NCBI GenBank assembly: GCA_963677275.1
Contig: OY781920.1
Span: forward strand, 1,009,960 to 1,073,959
Source of the DNA: an uncultured Paludibacter sp.
GTDB taxonomy: Bacteria; Bacteroidota; Bacteroidia; Bacteroidales; Paludibacteraceae
Reading direction: 5' to 3'
DNA length: 64,000 nucleotides
The notes below the pieces were generated by a model. The model made no database searches, had not been told where the DNA came from, and saw nothing but the letters and a program-made list of their open reading frames with translations. Shown in pieces: positions 49,403-59,960 of this stretch (position 1 is the first letter of the stretch; each line of letters begins with the position of its first letter). Made by a program: the position numbers and the translations under genes.

Positions 49403-50047
49403 TTACTTTTCGAAATGATGATCATCGTGGTTGCGTTTAAAATTTCTTCCCCAGCGAAACCCCAATTCTTTAAATTTAAGTACCACCGGATGTGTTGGCG
49501 AAAACGTGCCGGGTACTTCAGGGTTGTAAGTTGCATTGTCCGGTTGGTCTTTACGGTACGAGTATTCTTTTTTCCAACGCAGTGGATTGAGAAGAGGATT
49601 GATGTCAATCGCCATTCCGTGGGCATGTTTCGAGTAGGCAACATTGCGATAGCAAAAGCTGTAAGTGTTGTTCGCTTGCATCGATAATTCATCGTTCCAG
49701 TTGTATTTAACTACAGGAATAACCTGCTTTACCGGAAATTTTTCTTTCAGGATAAATTCAAATACAGTTTTTATGTCAGCGACCATTTTTTTGTTTGTCA
49801 AAATCTGTCCACGGTGAATCTTTCCATCCATCGAATAGTATTCCACATTTATCAATTGCAGTTCTTCTATCACTGAACGGGGAGCTTTTGTTCCTTCAAT
49901 GGCTTCGGCGAAGGTATAATTGCAATCAACGATAATTCCTTCGGCTTGTATCTCAGGGGCAGCTTGTTTTTTGTTGTTGTCGGCAGGTTGGCACGAAACA
50001 ATTAGTATTGAGAGGAAGAAGTAGAGGAATGGTTTTGATTTGTTCAT
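49403..50047 (-). CDS. M15 family Zn metallopeptidase lipoprotein
   Basis: Lipobox IVSC; SKHAHGMAIDINP and WG...DDHHFE motifs. Confidence 0.85.
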   Translation of the reverse strand: MNKSKPFLYFFLSILIVSCQPADNNKKQAAPEIQAEGIIVDCNYTFAEAIEGTKAPRSVIEELQLINVEYYSMDGKIHRGQILTNKKMVADIKTVFEFILKEKFPVKQVIPVVKYNWNDELSMQANNTYSFCYRNVAYSKHAHGMAIDINPLLNPLRWKKEYSYRKDQPDNATYNPEVPGTFSPTHPVVLKFKELGFRWGRNFKRNHDDHHFEK

Positions 50048-50089
50048 TTATTTGCGGTAATGCAATGTTTTTATTATCAATGAAAATTA

Positions 50090-51031
50090 TTAAAAAAACA
50101 GGAATATGAAAATAAGGCTTATCACAGCAATGAAAAACCATAGTATTATTCCCGAGATCAGTGGTCTGACGCCTACCGATTTCAAAGCCTTGCGCGATAA
50201 GCCAGCGCCAATAAAGAAAAGAGTAAGCGTTAAACTTTGTTTTGCCACCGATGCTATTCCGTCGGTAAGTAATTGTGGAATTGGTAAATAGGTATTTAAT
50301 AGCATTGCGATAACAAAAAACAGAATAAACCATGGAATGTTTATTTTTTCGTCTTTCGATTTAAAATGAAAAGCTGTATAAATGGTAAGCGGAATAATCC
50401 AGAGGGCACGGGTGAGTTTGACAGTGGTTGCCACTTTTAGGGCTTCCTCACCATAAGTGGCTCCGGCGCCCACCACCGAACTTGTGTCGTGAATGGCAAT
50501 GGCGGCCCACATCCCGAACTGGTGCTGCGTCAGTCCCAGCCAGTGGCCGAGAATGGGAAATAAAAACAAAGCAACTGCATTCAGAATGAAAATAGTACCC
50601 AGCGAAACCGACATCTCATGCTCATTGGCTTTGGCCACCGGGCCAATGGCTGCAATGGCACTTCCACCGCAAATGGCCGTTCCTGAAGCAATAAGATAAG
50701 ACTGTACTTTCCCAACTTTCAACCATTTCCCAAGTAATATACCGAAAACCATGACGCTTACTACCGAGAAAATTGTAAAAACAATTCCATCCAGTCCTGC
50801 GCTGATCGATTCGTTAAAGTTCATTCCGAATCCAAGTCCTACCACCGAAGCCTGAAGAAGGTATTTCGACATTTTTTTATTGAATGAGGGATAAGGCGAT
50901 TCGAAGATGAGTGCGAAAAATAGTCCGGCAAACAAGGCCACCGGTGGTTTTACAAACGAAAAAAGACATGAAAAGGCAAGCAAGATGTAAAAAATACGAT
51001 TTAAACTTGTTGTTGGCAGAAGGTTTTTCAT
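50090..51031 (-). CDS. YeiH/putative sulfate exporter family membrane protein (start about 51031)
   Basis: GTAICGGSAIAA, HDTSSVVGAG and KLTRALWI motifs. Confidence 0.88.
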   Translation of the reverse strand: MKNLLPTTSLNRIFYILLAFSCLFSFVKPPVALFAGLFFALIFESPYPSFNKKMSKYLLQASVVGLGFGMNFNESISAGLDGIVFTIFSVVSVMVFGILLGKWLKVGKVQSYLIASGTAICGGSAIAAIGPVAKANEHEMSVSLGTIFILNAVALFLFPILGHWLGLTQHQFGMWAAIAIHDTSSVVGAGATYGEEALKVATTVKLTRALWIIPLTIYTAFHFKSKDEKINIPWFILFFVIAMLLNTYLPIPQLLTDGIASVAKQSLTLTLFFIGAGLSRKALKSVGVRPLISGIILWFFIAVISLIFIFLFF

Positions 51032-51241
51032 AAAAAAACGAGTGATTAATGAGTGTCTTGTGAATTTCAAAACAGGCTTTTGAAACGAACTGCAAAATTA
51101 CAATTTAATAAATATGTAAACGAATAAATCAGAAGAATCGATGCGAAAAATTGCATTTTAACAGGCAATGCCTTGTTTTGAAAAAGGAAACTTCTCTGTT
51201 TTTTGCTATCTTTGCAAACCAAATAAAAGAAGAACTATAAG

Positions 51242-52336
51242 ATGCGTCTGAATTCCCTTTCCATACTCAACTACAAAAACATAAGCGAGGCCGAATTGAT
51301 TTTTTCGTCGAAGATCAATTGTTTTATTGGTGATAACGGGATGGGAAAAACCAACTTGCTGGATGCTATCTATTTTCTTTCGTTCTGTAAAAGTCACTCT
51401 AATCCAATTGATTCGCAAAATATTTTTCACGATACTGAGTTTTTTCTGTTGCAGGGAAAATACACAGTGAATGAAAACGAAGAGGAGATTTATTGCGGCA
51501 TGAAGCGCAAACAAAAAAAACAATTCAAACGCAACAAAAAAGAATATGAACGCCTTTCGGATCATATTGGTTTGTTGCCGCTTGTGTTGGTGTCGCCCGA
51601 CGATGCTGTTCTTATTTCCGAAGGTAGCGAGGAAAGACGGAAGTTTGTGGATGGTGTTATATCGCAATACAACAAACAGTATTTGCATACTTTAATGCAA
51701 TACAATAATGCATTGAAGCAGCGCAATGCTTTGCTTAAATCGGAATTTCCGGTCGACGATGCTCTGTACGAAATATGGGAGGAGCAAATGTTCAATTCGG
51801 GCACTTATATTTATGAGCAACGCAAAAAATTTATTGTTGAGTTTATCCCTGTTTTTCAGGAAATTTATGATAGTATCTCGGGCGGAAATGAAAAGGTAAG
51901 CCTGGCTTATCAATCGCAGTACGATAACCGTGATGTGAAAGCATCGATGGTTTCCACACGCGAAAGAGACAGGATACTTGGTTATTCTACCCAGGGAATT
52001 CACAAAGATGAACTTGAAATGTTGCTCGACGAATACCCGATGAAAAGAGTCGGCTCGCAGGGACAAAACAAAACTTACCTTATTTCGCTCAAGTTGGCAC
52101 AATTCTATTTTCTGAAACGTGTGCATAATTTTTCACCGCTTTTGTTGCTCGATGATATTTTTGATAAACTTGATTCGAAACGTGTAAAAGAAATAATTCA
52201 ATTGGTTTCGGGCGACACCTTCGGACAAATTTTCATTACAGATACCAATCGCGAACATTTGGACGACTTACTTTTCCAACTTAAACAGGAAGCTACTATT
52301 TTTACTGTAAAAAATGGTGGATTTATTCAACAATAA
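51242..52336 (+). CDS. recF: DNA replication/repair protein RecF
   Basis: GDNGMGKTN Walker A, GSQGQNK and LLLDDIFDKLD motifs. Confidence 0.95.
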   Translation: MRLNSLSILNYKNISEAELIFSSKINCFIGDNGMGKTNLLDAIYFLSFCKSHSNPIDSQNIFHDTEFFLLQGKYTVNENEEEIYCGMKRKQKKQFKRNKKEYERLSDHIGLLPLVLVSPDDAVLISEGSEERRKFVDGVISQYNKQYLHTLMQYNNALKQRNALLKSEFPVDDALYEIWEEQMFNSGTYIYEQRKKFIVEFIPVFQEIYDSISGGNEKVSLAYQSQYDNRDVKASMVSTRERDRILGYSTQGIHKDELEMLLDEYPMKRVGSQGQNKTYLISLKLAQFYFLKRVHNFSPLLLLDDIFDKLDSKRVKEIIQLVSGDTFGQIFITDTNREHLDDLLFQLKQEATIFTVKNGGFIQQ

Positions 52337-52640
52337 TTAATATTTTGTTTGGGTAATTGAAATTTATCATAAACCTGATTTCGTAACTAATTAATCCTTT
52401 AGTTTTGCAATGAGTTTGTACCAATTTTTATTTTGGAATATTTTTGTGTGCTTTAAAATAACTATATCATTGTTTGTTAGTCGTTTGATATTATTTTTAG
52501 AAAACTATGAATTTATTTTAGAAAAAAAAGTAGAAATATATGTTGCTTTTATTGGAAAAATTGCCTAACATTGTAGTTCGTTCATGACAAAAAATGAACA
52601 CTATTTAAAACATTTATTATTACAATATTAAGAAATAACC

Positions 52641-55187
52641 GTGGAAACAAAAACTTACACTCCCGAGGAAATTAAAGAAGCTTCGTTTGAGTTTTTCAAA
52701 GGTGATGATTTGGCGACAAAAGTATGGTCGACGAAATATGCATTGAAAGATTCATTTGGCAATGTTTATGAACTGACTCCTGATGATATGCATCGGCGAC
52801 TGGCAAGAGAAATTGGAAGGATTGAGAAAAATTATCCCAATCCACTCACCGAAAGTGAACTTTTTGATCTTTTCAAAGATTTCAAATACATTGTTCCGCA
52901 GGGAAGCCCGATGACCGGAATTGGGAATGAGTATCAGGTAGCTTCGCTTTCCAATTGCTTTGTTATTGGATTTGCTGCTGATTCCGATTCATATGGAGCT
53001 ATTATAAAAATTGACGAGGAGCAGGTGCAGTTAATGAAGCGTCGTGGTGGTGTAGGGCATGATCTGTCGCACATTCGCCCGAAAGGTTCACCGGTGAAAA
53101 ATTCAGCATTGACATCTACAGGAATAGTTCCTTTTATGGAGCGCTACTCTAATTCTACCCGCGAAGTGGCACAGGATGGTCGTCGTGGTGCGTTGATGTT
53201 AAGTGTGTCGGTTAAGCATCCGGATTCTGAGTCCTTTATTGATGCAAAAATGGAATCGGGCAAAATAACAGGCGCCAATGTGTCGGTGAAAATGCACGAT
53301 GACTTTATGGAGGCTGCTTTGTCGGGCACTCCCTATGTGCAGCAATATCCAATCGATTCGAAAGAACCATGGTACAAGAAAGAAGTTGATGCCAATGCTA
53401 TTTGGAAAAAAATAGTACACAATGCATGGCAATCGGCTGAACCTGGCGTTCTGTTTTGGGATACAATTATCCGCGAATCGGTGCCCGACTGTTATGCCGA
53501 CTTGGGATATAAAACCGTATCCACAAATCCATGTGGCGAGATTCCGCTTTGTCCTTACGACAGTTGCCGTTTGTTGGCCATCAATTTGTATTCGTACGTA
53601 CAAAATCCGTTTACAGCCGAAGCAAAATTCGATTTCGAACTGTTCTCGAAACATGTAGGGCTGGCACAGCGCATTATGGATGATATTATTGATTTGGAAA
53701 TGGAAAAGATAGAGAAAATAATGGCTAAAATTGACTCCGATCCCGAAGATGATGATATTAAACTCACTGAATTTCAGCTGTGGGAAAAAATTAAAGAAAA
53801 AACATCGCAAGGACGACGCACAGGCGTTGGTACTACCGGCGAAGGCGATATGTTGGCTGCTTTAGGTTTTCGCTATGGAACCGACGAAGCGACTGATTTT
53901 TCGGAACAGGTACACAAAACTGTGGCGTTGGCAGCCTATCGTTCATCTGTAAATATGGCGCGCGAGCGTGGTGCATTTGCTGTTTACGATGCCAAACGCG
54001 AAGAAAATAATCCTTATATTCAACGTCTGCGCGACGCTGATCCGGAGCTTTATGCCGAAATGCTAAAGTATGGACGACGTAACATTGCCTGTCTTACCAT
54101 TGCACCTACCGGAACAACAAGTATAATGACACAAACAACTTCGGGTATCGAGCCTGTGTTTATGCCTGTGTATACCCGTCGCCGCAAAGTGAATCCGAAT
54201 GATAAGGGCGTTCATATTGATTTCGTCGACGAAAACGGAGATTCATGGGAAGAATATGTGGTTTTCCATCATAAATTTGTAACCTGGATGGAAGTGAATG
54301 GTTATTCTACTACAAAGCATTACAGCAAAGAAGAAATTGATGAACTTGTAGCTAAATCGCCTTACTACAAGGCTACTGCCAACGATGTGGATTGGCTGAA
54401 AAAGGTGCAGATGCAGGGACGTATTCAGAAATGGGTCGATCACTCCATTAGTGTCACTATCAATCTTCCGAACGATGCCACAGAAGAGTTGGTAGGGAAG
54501 CTTTACGAAGAAGCATGGAAATGCGGCTGTAAAGGAGCTACCGTATATCGCGATGGGTCACGTGCGGGCGTTCTGATTGCTTCACCCGAAAAGGAAGAGA
54601 AAAAAGATGAAAAAACAGTTTGCTTTCCTTACGATGATGCTCATTTTGTTCGTCCTAAAGAGCTGAAATGTGATGTGGTTCGTTTCCAGAACTCAAAAGA
54701 CAAATGGATTGCTTTTGTAGGATTAAAAGATGGTCGTCCTTACGAGATTTTTACCGGGTTGGCTGATGACGAAGAAGGTATTTTATTGCCTAAAACTGTT
54801 GTGGACGGACGCATAATAAAAGTGGTGGATGAGAATGGAAATAAGCGCTATGACTTCCAGTTTACCAACAAGCGTGGATTTAAAACCACTGTTGAAGGCC
54901 TTTCGCATAAATTCGACAAAGAATTCTGGAATTATGCTAAACTAATTTCGGGAGTATTGCGTTACGGAATGCCAATTGATCAGGTAATAAAATTAGTATC
55001 GGGTCTTCAGCTCGACAGCGAATCGATCAACACCTGGAAAGTGGGAGTAGAGCGTGCGCTGAAAAAATACATCCCGGATGGAACACAAATATCGGAACAG
55101 GCATGCCCAAGTTGCGGACAAAAATCCTTGGTTTATCAGGAAGGTTGCCTTACCTGCAAAAACTGTGGTTATTCACGTTGTGGATAA
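52641..55187 (+). CDS. nrdJ: class II adenosylcobalamin-dependent ribonucleotide reductase (GTG start)
   Basis: SLSNCF, RRGGGVG, TNPCGE, TIAPTG and DHSISVTIN motifs; TSCPD and C-terminal Cys motifs. Confidence 0.93.
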   Translation: METKTYTPEEIKEASFEFFKGDDLATKVWSTKYALKDSFGNVYELTPDDMHRRLAREIGRIEKNYPNPLTESELFDLFKDFKYIVPQGSPMTGIGNEYQVASLSNCFVIGFAADSDSYGAIIKIDEEQVQLMKRRGGVGHDLSHIRPKGSPVKNSALTSTGIVPFMERYSNSTREVAQDGRRGALMLSVSVKHPDSESFIDAKMESGKITGANVSVKMHDDFMEAALSGTPYVQQYPIDSKEPWYKKEVDANAIWKKIVHNAWQSAEPGVLFWDTIIRESVPDCYADLGYKTVSTNPCGEIPLCPYDSCRLLAINLYSYVQNPFTAEAKFDFELFSKHVGLAQRIMDDIIDLEMEKIEKIMAKIDSDPEDDDIKLTEFQLWEKIKEKTSQGRRTGVGTTGEGDMLAALGFRYGTDEATDFSEQVHKTVALAAYRSSVNMARERGAFAVYDAKREENNPYIQRLRDADPELYAEMLKYGRRNIACLTIAPTGTTSIMTQTTSGIEPVFMPVYTRRRKVNPNDKGVHIDFVDENGDSWEEYVVFHHKFVTWMEVNGYSTTKHYSKEEIDELVAKSPYYKATANDVDWLKKVQMQGRIQKWVDHSISVTINLPNDATEELVGKLYEEAWKCGCKGATVYRDGSRAGVLIASPEKEEKKDEKTVCFPYDDAHFVRPKELKCDVVRFQNSKDKWIAFVGLKDGRPYEIFTGLADDEEGILLPKTVVDGRIIKVVDENGNKRYDFQFTNKRGFKTTVEGLSHKFDKEFWNYAKLISGVLRYGMPIDQVIKLVSGLQLDSESINTWKVGVERALKKYIPDGTQISEQACPSCGQKSLVYQEGCLTCKNCGYSRCG

Positions 55188-55263
55188 TTCGTTATTCGCT
55201 TAAAAACGAGAGTTTAACGTGTAGAGTTGACTTTGAAAAGTTCATTTATTGAAACTCTATAAT

Positions 55264-55314
55264 GAAAACAGAACAAGCAAGTGAAATAAAATTTTCACTT
55301 GCTTGTTTTGTTTT
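55264..55314. terminator. bidirectional intrinsic terminator
   Basis: AACAAGCAAGTGAAA/TTTCACTTGCTTGTT stem. Confidence 0.8.
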
Positions 55315-55357
55315 TAACCCGACTGATATTTTTAAAGGCCGACTGCTATGAATGGGA

Positions 55358-56827
55358 TTATCTTTTCCAGAAAGCAGGCGTGAAAAGCAGAAAAATTGTA
55401 TAAAGTTCCAATCTTCCGGCCAGCATCATCAACGATAAAAACCATTTACTGAATTCGGGGATATCATGGAAGTTTCCGGCTGGCCCTACCAAACCCAGTC
55501 CGGGACCTACACCACCAAGGCAGGTAATCATTCCGCCTACCGATTCAAGAAATCCCATGCCGCTCATGGCCAATACTAGAATCCCGAAGGCAGCAACTAC
55601 TAAATATAATAATGTGAAGGCAAGTACACGTGTAAGAATATCCTCGCGTACCAAATGCCCGTTGTAACGCACCGGAATCACTGCATTAGGATGGATAAGT
55701 CTTTTAAATTCGTAGTAACATGCCTTGGCTGAGATAACCACACGGATCATTTTGATACCACCACTTGTCGATCCTGCCGAAGCGCCGGTAAGCATTACGA
55801 GCAATAAAATAACCCAGGTAAGTGGTTTCCAAGTCATATAGTCGGCTGTGCAAAAACCTGTTGTGGTCATGAGTGACGAAACGGTAAAGAGCGCATCGCG
55901 CCAGGCCTTTTCTATGGTACTGAAATGAAGAGCTTTGCTAAAATCGATCAACGAAAGCGTTATAATGAAAGCAAATATAAAAAGCGTGATTAAATAATAG
56001 CGCAACTCTTCATTTTCCTTTATTTTCCCAAGTTTATTTTTAAAACCGAAATAATAAAGGCTGAAGTTAATCCCCGATAGAATCATAAATATACTTATAA
56101 CGTATTGAATATATGGAGAATTCCAGTAAGCTATGCTGGCTTGTTTGGTGGAGAAACCTCCTGTGGCTATGGTGGCAAAAGAATGATTCACGGCATCGAA
56201 CCAATTCATGCCACCCAGTTTAAGTAGTATTGTTTCAGCCGCAGTGAGGATTATGTATATAAGAAACAGGCGTTTAGCTGTCTCATTGATTTTCGGATGA
56301 ATTTTATCTTTGGTTGGACCAGTAGTTTCGGCAGCAAAAAGTTGAGTGCCACTTGTACTGAAAACGGGAAGTACAGCAAGTGAAATAACAATGATACCCA
56401 AACCGCCCATCCAGTGGGTAAGACTTCGCCAGAACAACATTCCGTGCGAAAGTTCCTCAATATTGTTCAGTATCGAAGCTCCGGTGGTGGTGAATCCAGA
56501 TATGGTTTCGAAAAAAGCATCGGTAAAAGATGGAATGCTGCCACTCATCCAGAAAGGCAACAAACCTATGAGCGAAAAAATTATCCAGGTAAAACTTACG
56601 ATTACAGAGCCTTCGCGCTTGCCAATAAATGTTGAATGATTCCGTCCGATCAATAAAGCGATGCCGGCAAATGCAAAACTAATGGCTGAAGCCAGCAAAA
56701 AATAATGGGCATCACTTTCGCCATAAAGCAGTGGAATAAGACAAACAAATAATAATACAACGCCTTCGAGGAGCGCCAAACTTCCCATTACCCTGAATAC
56801 CAAACGAAAATTAAATTCTTTGTTCAT
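55358..56827 (-). CDS. trkH: Trk potassium uptake channel, paralog 2 (start about 56827)
   Basis: SGFTTTGA, HWMGGLG, ATGGFS, AGSTSGG and GRLE motifs. Confidence 0.92.
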   Translation of the reverse strand: MNKEFNFRLVFRVMGSLALLEGVVLLFVCLIPLLYGESDAHYFLLASAISFAFAGIALLIGRNHSTFIGKREGSVIVSFTWIIFSLIGLLPFWMSGSIPSFTDAFFETISGFTTTGASILNNIEELSHGMLFWRSLTHWMGGLGIIVISLAVLPVFSTSGTQLFAAETTGPTKDKIHPKINETAKRLFLIYIILTAAETILLKLGGMNWFDAVNHSFATIATGGFSTKQASIAYWNSPYIQYVISIFMILSGINFSLYYFGFKNKLGKIKENEELRYYLITLFIFAFIITLSLIDFSKALHFSTIEKAWRDALFTVSSLMTTTGFCTADYMTWKPLTWVILLLVMLTGASAGSTSGGIKMIRVVISAKACYYEFKRLIHPNAVIPVRYNGHLVREDILTRVLAFTLLYLVVAAFGILVLAMSGMGFLESVGGMITCLGGVGPGLGLVGPAGNFHDIPEFSKWFLSLMMLAGRLELYTIFLLFTPAFWKR

Positions 56828-57126
56828 TTTTTTTATATTAAAAAAAATATTTAGAAAATACATCTTGAAAAAATTAGAGAACAATATAACTATATCAATG
56901 GTTGCAATGCAAATGGTTATGTGCCTGCTGGTGGTCGGCAGGTTGCAAGTATATTGATCAGAAAATTGTGCTCAATAAACAAGTCGATAAACAATATCTA
57001 TTCCTCGGATATTTTTTTTCGGAATCGAAATTTGTATACAGTATAGATTTGAGGTAGGCGAAAATGCTTTCTTTTTTAAGCAGTGCAAAAGTAAATTAAA
57101 TTTTGTGATAATAATCAAACAAGAAC

Positions 57127-58593
57127 TTATTTTTTCCAGAAAACAGGCGTAAATATTACAAGCACGGTAAATAACTCTAAACGACCAATCAACATACTGA
57201 AAGACAGCATCCATTTCGACGCAGTGGGTATTTCTGAAAAACTGAAAGCCGGCCCAAGTTGGGATAAGCCTGGTCCCACATTACTCAGACTTGTAATTTG
57301 AGCGCTAAGCGACTCGATGAACCCCAGCCCTGTAAAACTCAGTAGAAGCGTACCAACGACGATCAATATAAAATAAAGGATCACGAAGGCAAGTACCCTG
57401 GTTATAACACTTTCTTCGAGCACATGCCCGTTGTAGCGGACGGGAAAAATGGCATTGGGGTGAATAATTCGTTTGAATTCATAATAACTGTATTTAAGGC
57501 TAAGCAATACCCTTATTATTTTCATTCCACCAGCCGTAGAACCAGCTGAAGAACCAAATATCATTAAAATAAGTACCAGAAACCATGTAAATGGTGGCCA
57601 AAAATTATAATCTACCGTAACGAAACCTGTTGTTGAAATGGTGGAGCTTACCACAAAAAGACTGTCGCGTACAAGTTTTTCAATGCTTTCGAAAGAAAAA
57701 TTATTAAAATCAAAACGGCTAACGATAAAAATAAGTGTAAAACAAATAATTATCAACAAATAAGTCCGCAATTCTTCGTTTTTCAATACTTTATAAACTT
57801 TTAGTTTCAACAGAAAATAATACAAACTAAAATTTACTCCCGAAAAAATCATAAATAAAATAATGATATATTCGATGAAAGGAGAATTATAATGGGCAAT
57901 GCTGGCTTGTTTGGTAGAGAAGCCTCCGGTAGCAATTGTGCTGAATGAATGACAAAGTGCATCGAACCAACTCATGCCTGCTATGCTGAGCAATAAAGTC
58001 TCGGCAAGCGTAAGCGCCATATAGATGGCAAGCAGGCGTTTGGCTGTTTCTCCTATTTTAGGGTGAATTTTGTCTTTTGTTGGCCCGGTGGCTTCGGCCG
58101 AGAATACCTGAAAACCTGCGAAGCCAAATACAGGAAGTAAAGCCATTGAAATTCCTATAATTCCCAATCCACCAATCCAATGGGTAGTACTTCGCCAGAA
58201 AAGGACGGCATGCGGCAATGATTCGATATTGTTGAGGATAGTTGAGCCGGTGGTAGTGAATCCCGACATGGTTTCGAAAAAAGCATCGGCCAAATTGGGA
58301 ATGCTTCCGCTGAACAGATAGGGGAGCATCCCAATGGTTGAAAAAAGAATCCACGTAAGCGTCACTATGAGTGAACCTTCACGTTTACCTATAGTTGGTG
58401 CTGTATTCCTTCCCAATATAATTCCTGTTATTCCCAATATGAAAGCAATAGATGCTGATATAAGAAAATCAAAAGTTGTATGCTCCCGATAATATAAATC
58501 AACAGGTATAGCTGAAAGGAGAAACAGCCCTTCGACAATTAAAAGACTGCCCAGTACTTTGAAAATGAATCTTATATTAAACTCACGGTTCAT
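57127..58593 (-). CDS. trkH: Trk potassium uptake channel, paralog 1
   Basis: SGFTTTGS, ATGGFS, STTGF, NVGPG and GRLE motifs. Confidence 0.92.
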   Translation of the reverse strand: MNREFNIRFIFKVLGSLLIVEGLFLLSAIPVDLYYREHTTFDFLISASIAFILGITGIILGRNTAPTIGKREGSLIVTLTWILFSTIGMLPYLFSGSIPNLADAFFETMSGFTTTGSTILNNIESLPHAVLFWRSTTHWIGGLGIIGISMALLPVFGFAGFQVFSAEATGPTKDKIHPKIGETAKRLLAIYMALTLAETLLLSIAGMSWFDALCHSFSTIATGGFSTKQASIAHYNSPFIEYIIILFMIFSGVNFSLYYFLLKLKVYKVLKNEELRTYLLIIICFTLIFIVSRFDFNNFSFESIEKLVRDSLFVVSSTISTTGFVTVDYNFWPPFTWFLVLILMIFGSSAGSTAGGMKIIRVLLSLKYSYYEFKRIIHPNAIFPVRYNGHVLEESVITRVLAFVILYFILIVVGTLLLSFTGLGFIESLSAQITSLSNVGPGLSQLGPAFSFSEIPTASKWMLSFSMLIGRLELFTVLVIFTPVFWKK

Positions 58594-59927
58594 TAATTGA
58601 AGAAGCTTTCCATTTTACGAATGGCTGATGATACGCAGAACACAATGACATGATCATTGGGCATAATAAGCGTATCTCCGTATACAATACTTCCAGATCC
58701 ATTTCTTACAAAGCCACCTATGTTTACCTGATCGGGCAGACGTAAATCTTTGATTTTCGAACGGGTGATTTTTGAACCGGGTTTTGCTATAAATTCAACA
58801 ACTTCTGCATCAGCCGACGAAAGGCTGCGAACGTTCAGCACATCGGCATCGAGTGTAAGTTGATAAATGTAACTTGCTGCAATCATTTTTTTGTTGATCA
58901 CTGTACCAATGTCCATGCTTTCGGCCAACATGATATAGTCGTTATTTTCTACCTCAGCTACTGTCTTTTTTACTCCAAGGCGTTTAGCGGCAAGGCAAGC
59001 CAAAATATTGGCCTCCGAATTTGCTGTTACAGCTACAAAAGCATCCATTTCTTCTATGCCTTCTTCTTTAAGTATTTCAATATTTCGACCATCGCAGTTG
59101 AGGATCATTGAGTTCTCGAGCTTTTCGGCCAAAACATAACTTTTTTCCTTGTTTCGTTCGAGCACTTTTACATGCATGTTCGAAGGCAGGTATTGGATGG
59201 TTTTCTGTGCAATACGACTTCCACCCATCACCATAATGTTGCGGATAGGGAAGTCTTCTTTCCCCGCCTGTTCGCGTACGAAATTTAGGTTCTCGGGTGT
59301 TGTGATGAAATAAACTATATCATTTTCAAGTATTTGATCTGATCCGGCAGGGATAATGGTTTTGTTGTTGCGTTTGATGGAAACAACGCGGTATTTTCCA
59401 TGATCAAAATAACCTGTGCTGAACTTTTTGTTGACGATGATTGCGTTTGCTCTTACTTTGATCCCTAAAAGGATAAGGGCATTGTCGCAAAAGTTGAGGT
59501 TTTGTCGCAACCAGCTTGTACTTAACGATTCAACTATTTCTTTTGCAGCCAGCATTTCGGGATAAATGAGATAATCGACTCCCAGTTTTTTAAAGAACTC
59601 TTTGTTCACTGGCAACAAATATTCATAATTATCGATACGAGCCAGTGTACGTTTGGCGCCAAGATTGGTGGCGAGCATACAGGCCGTCATGTTAACGCTT
59701 TCAGAAGGTGTTACTGCAATAAATAAATCAGCTTTTTCGATGCCTGCTTCCTTTAAATCGTTGATAGATGTAGGCGAACCTGTACTTGTCATTAAGTCGA
59801 AACTTGCTTCAAGGTCTTTGAGCTTTGAAGCATCTTCATCGAGCAGTAAGATGTCGAAATTTTCACGTGCAAGTAGTTTTGCTAAATGTGTTCCTACTTC
59901 TCCGGCACCGCCAATAATAATTTTCAT
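58593..59927 (-). CDS. trkA: Trk potassium transporter RCK subunit
   Basis: IIGGAGEVG and MGGSRIA Rossmann motifs; two RCK halves. Confidence 0.95.
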   Translation of the reverse strand: MKIIIGGAGEVGTHLAKLLARENFDILLLDEDASKLKDLEASFDLMTSTGSPTSINDLKEAGIEKADLFIAVTPSESVNMTACMLATNLGAKRTLARIDNYEYLLPVNKEFFKKLGVDYLIYPEMLAAKEIVESLSTSWLRQNLNFCDNALILLGIKVRANAIIVNKKFSTGYFDHGKYRVVSIKRNNKTIIPAGSDQILENDIVYFITTPENLNFVREQAGKEDFPIRNIMVMGGSRIAQKTIQYLPSNMHVKVLERNKEKSYVLAEKLENSMILNCDGRNIEILKEEGIEEMDAFVAVTANSEANILACLAAKRLGVKKTVAEVENNDYIMLAESMDIGTVINKKMIAASYIYQLTLDADVLNVRSLSSADAEVVEFIAKPGSKITRSKIKDLRLPDQVNIGGFVRNGSGSIVYGDTLIMPNDHVIVFCVSSAIRKMESFFN

Positions 59928-59960
59928 TTTCTTTATACCTTAAATAAAAAAATCTTTTTC

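Noticed and set aside
52337-52640. oriC, NrdR box or cobalamin riboswitch in the AT-rich recF-nrdJ gap
   Set aside because: No DnaA-box cluster, no good NrdR palindrome and no B12-element core were seen.
28753-55187. Inteins or introns in gyrA, dnaB or nrdJ
   Set aside because: Protein lengths are ordinary and there are no splice or homing-endonuclease motifs.
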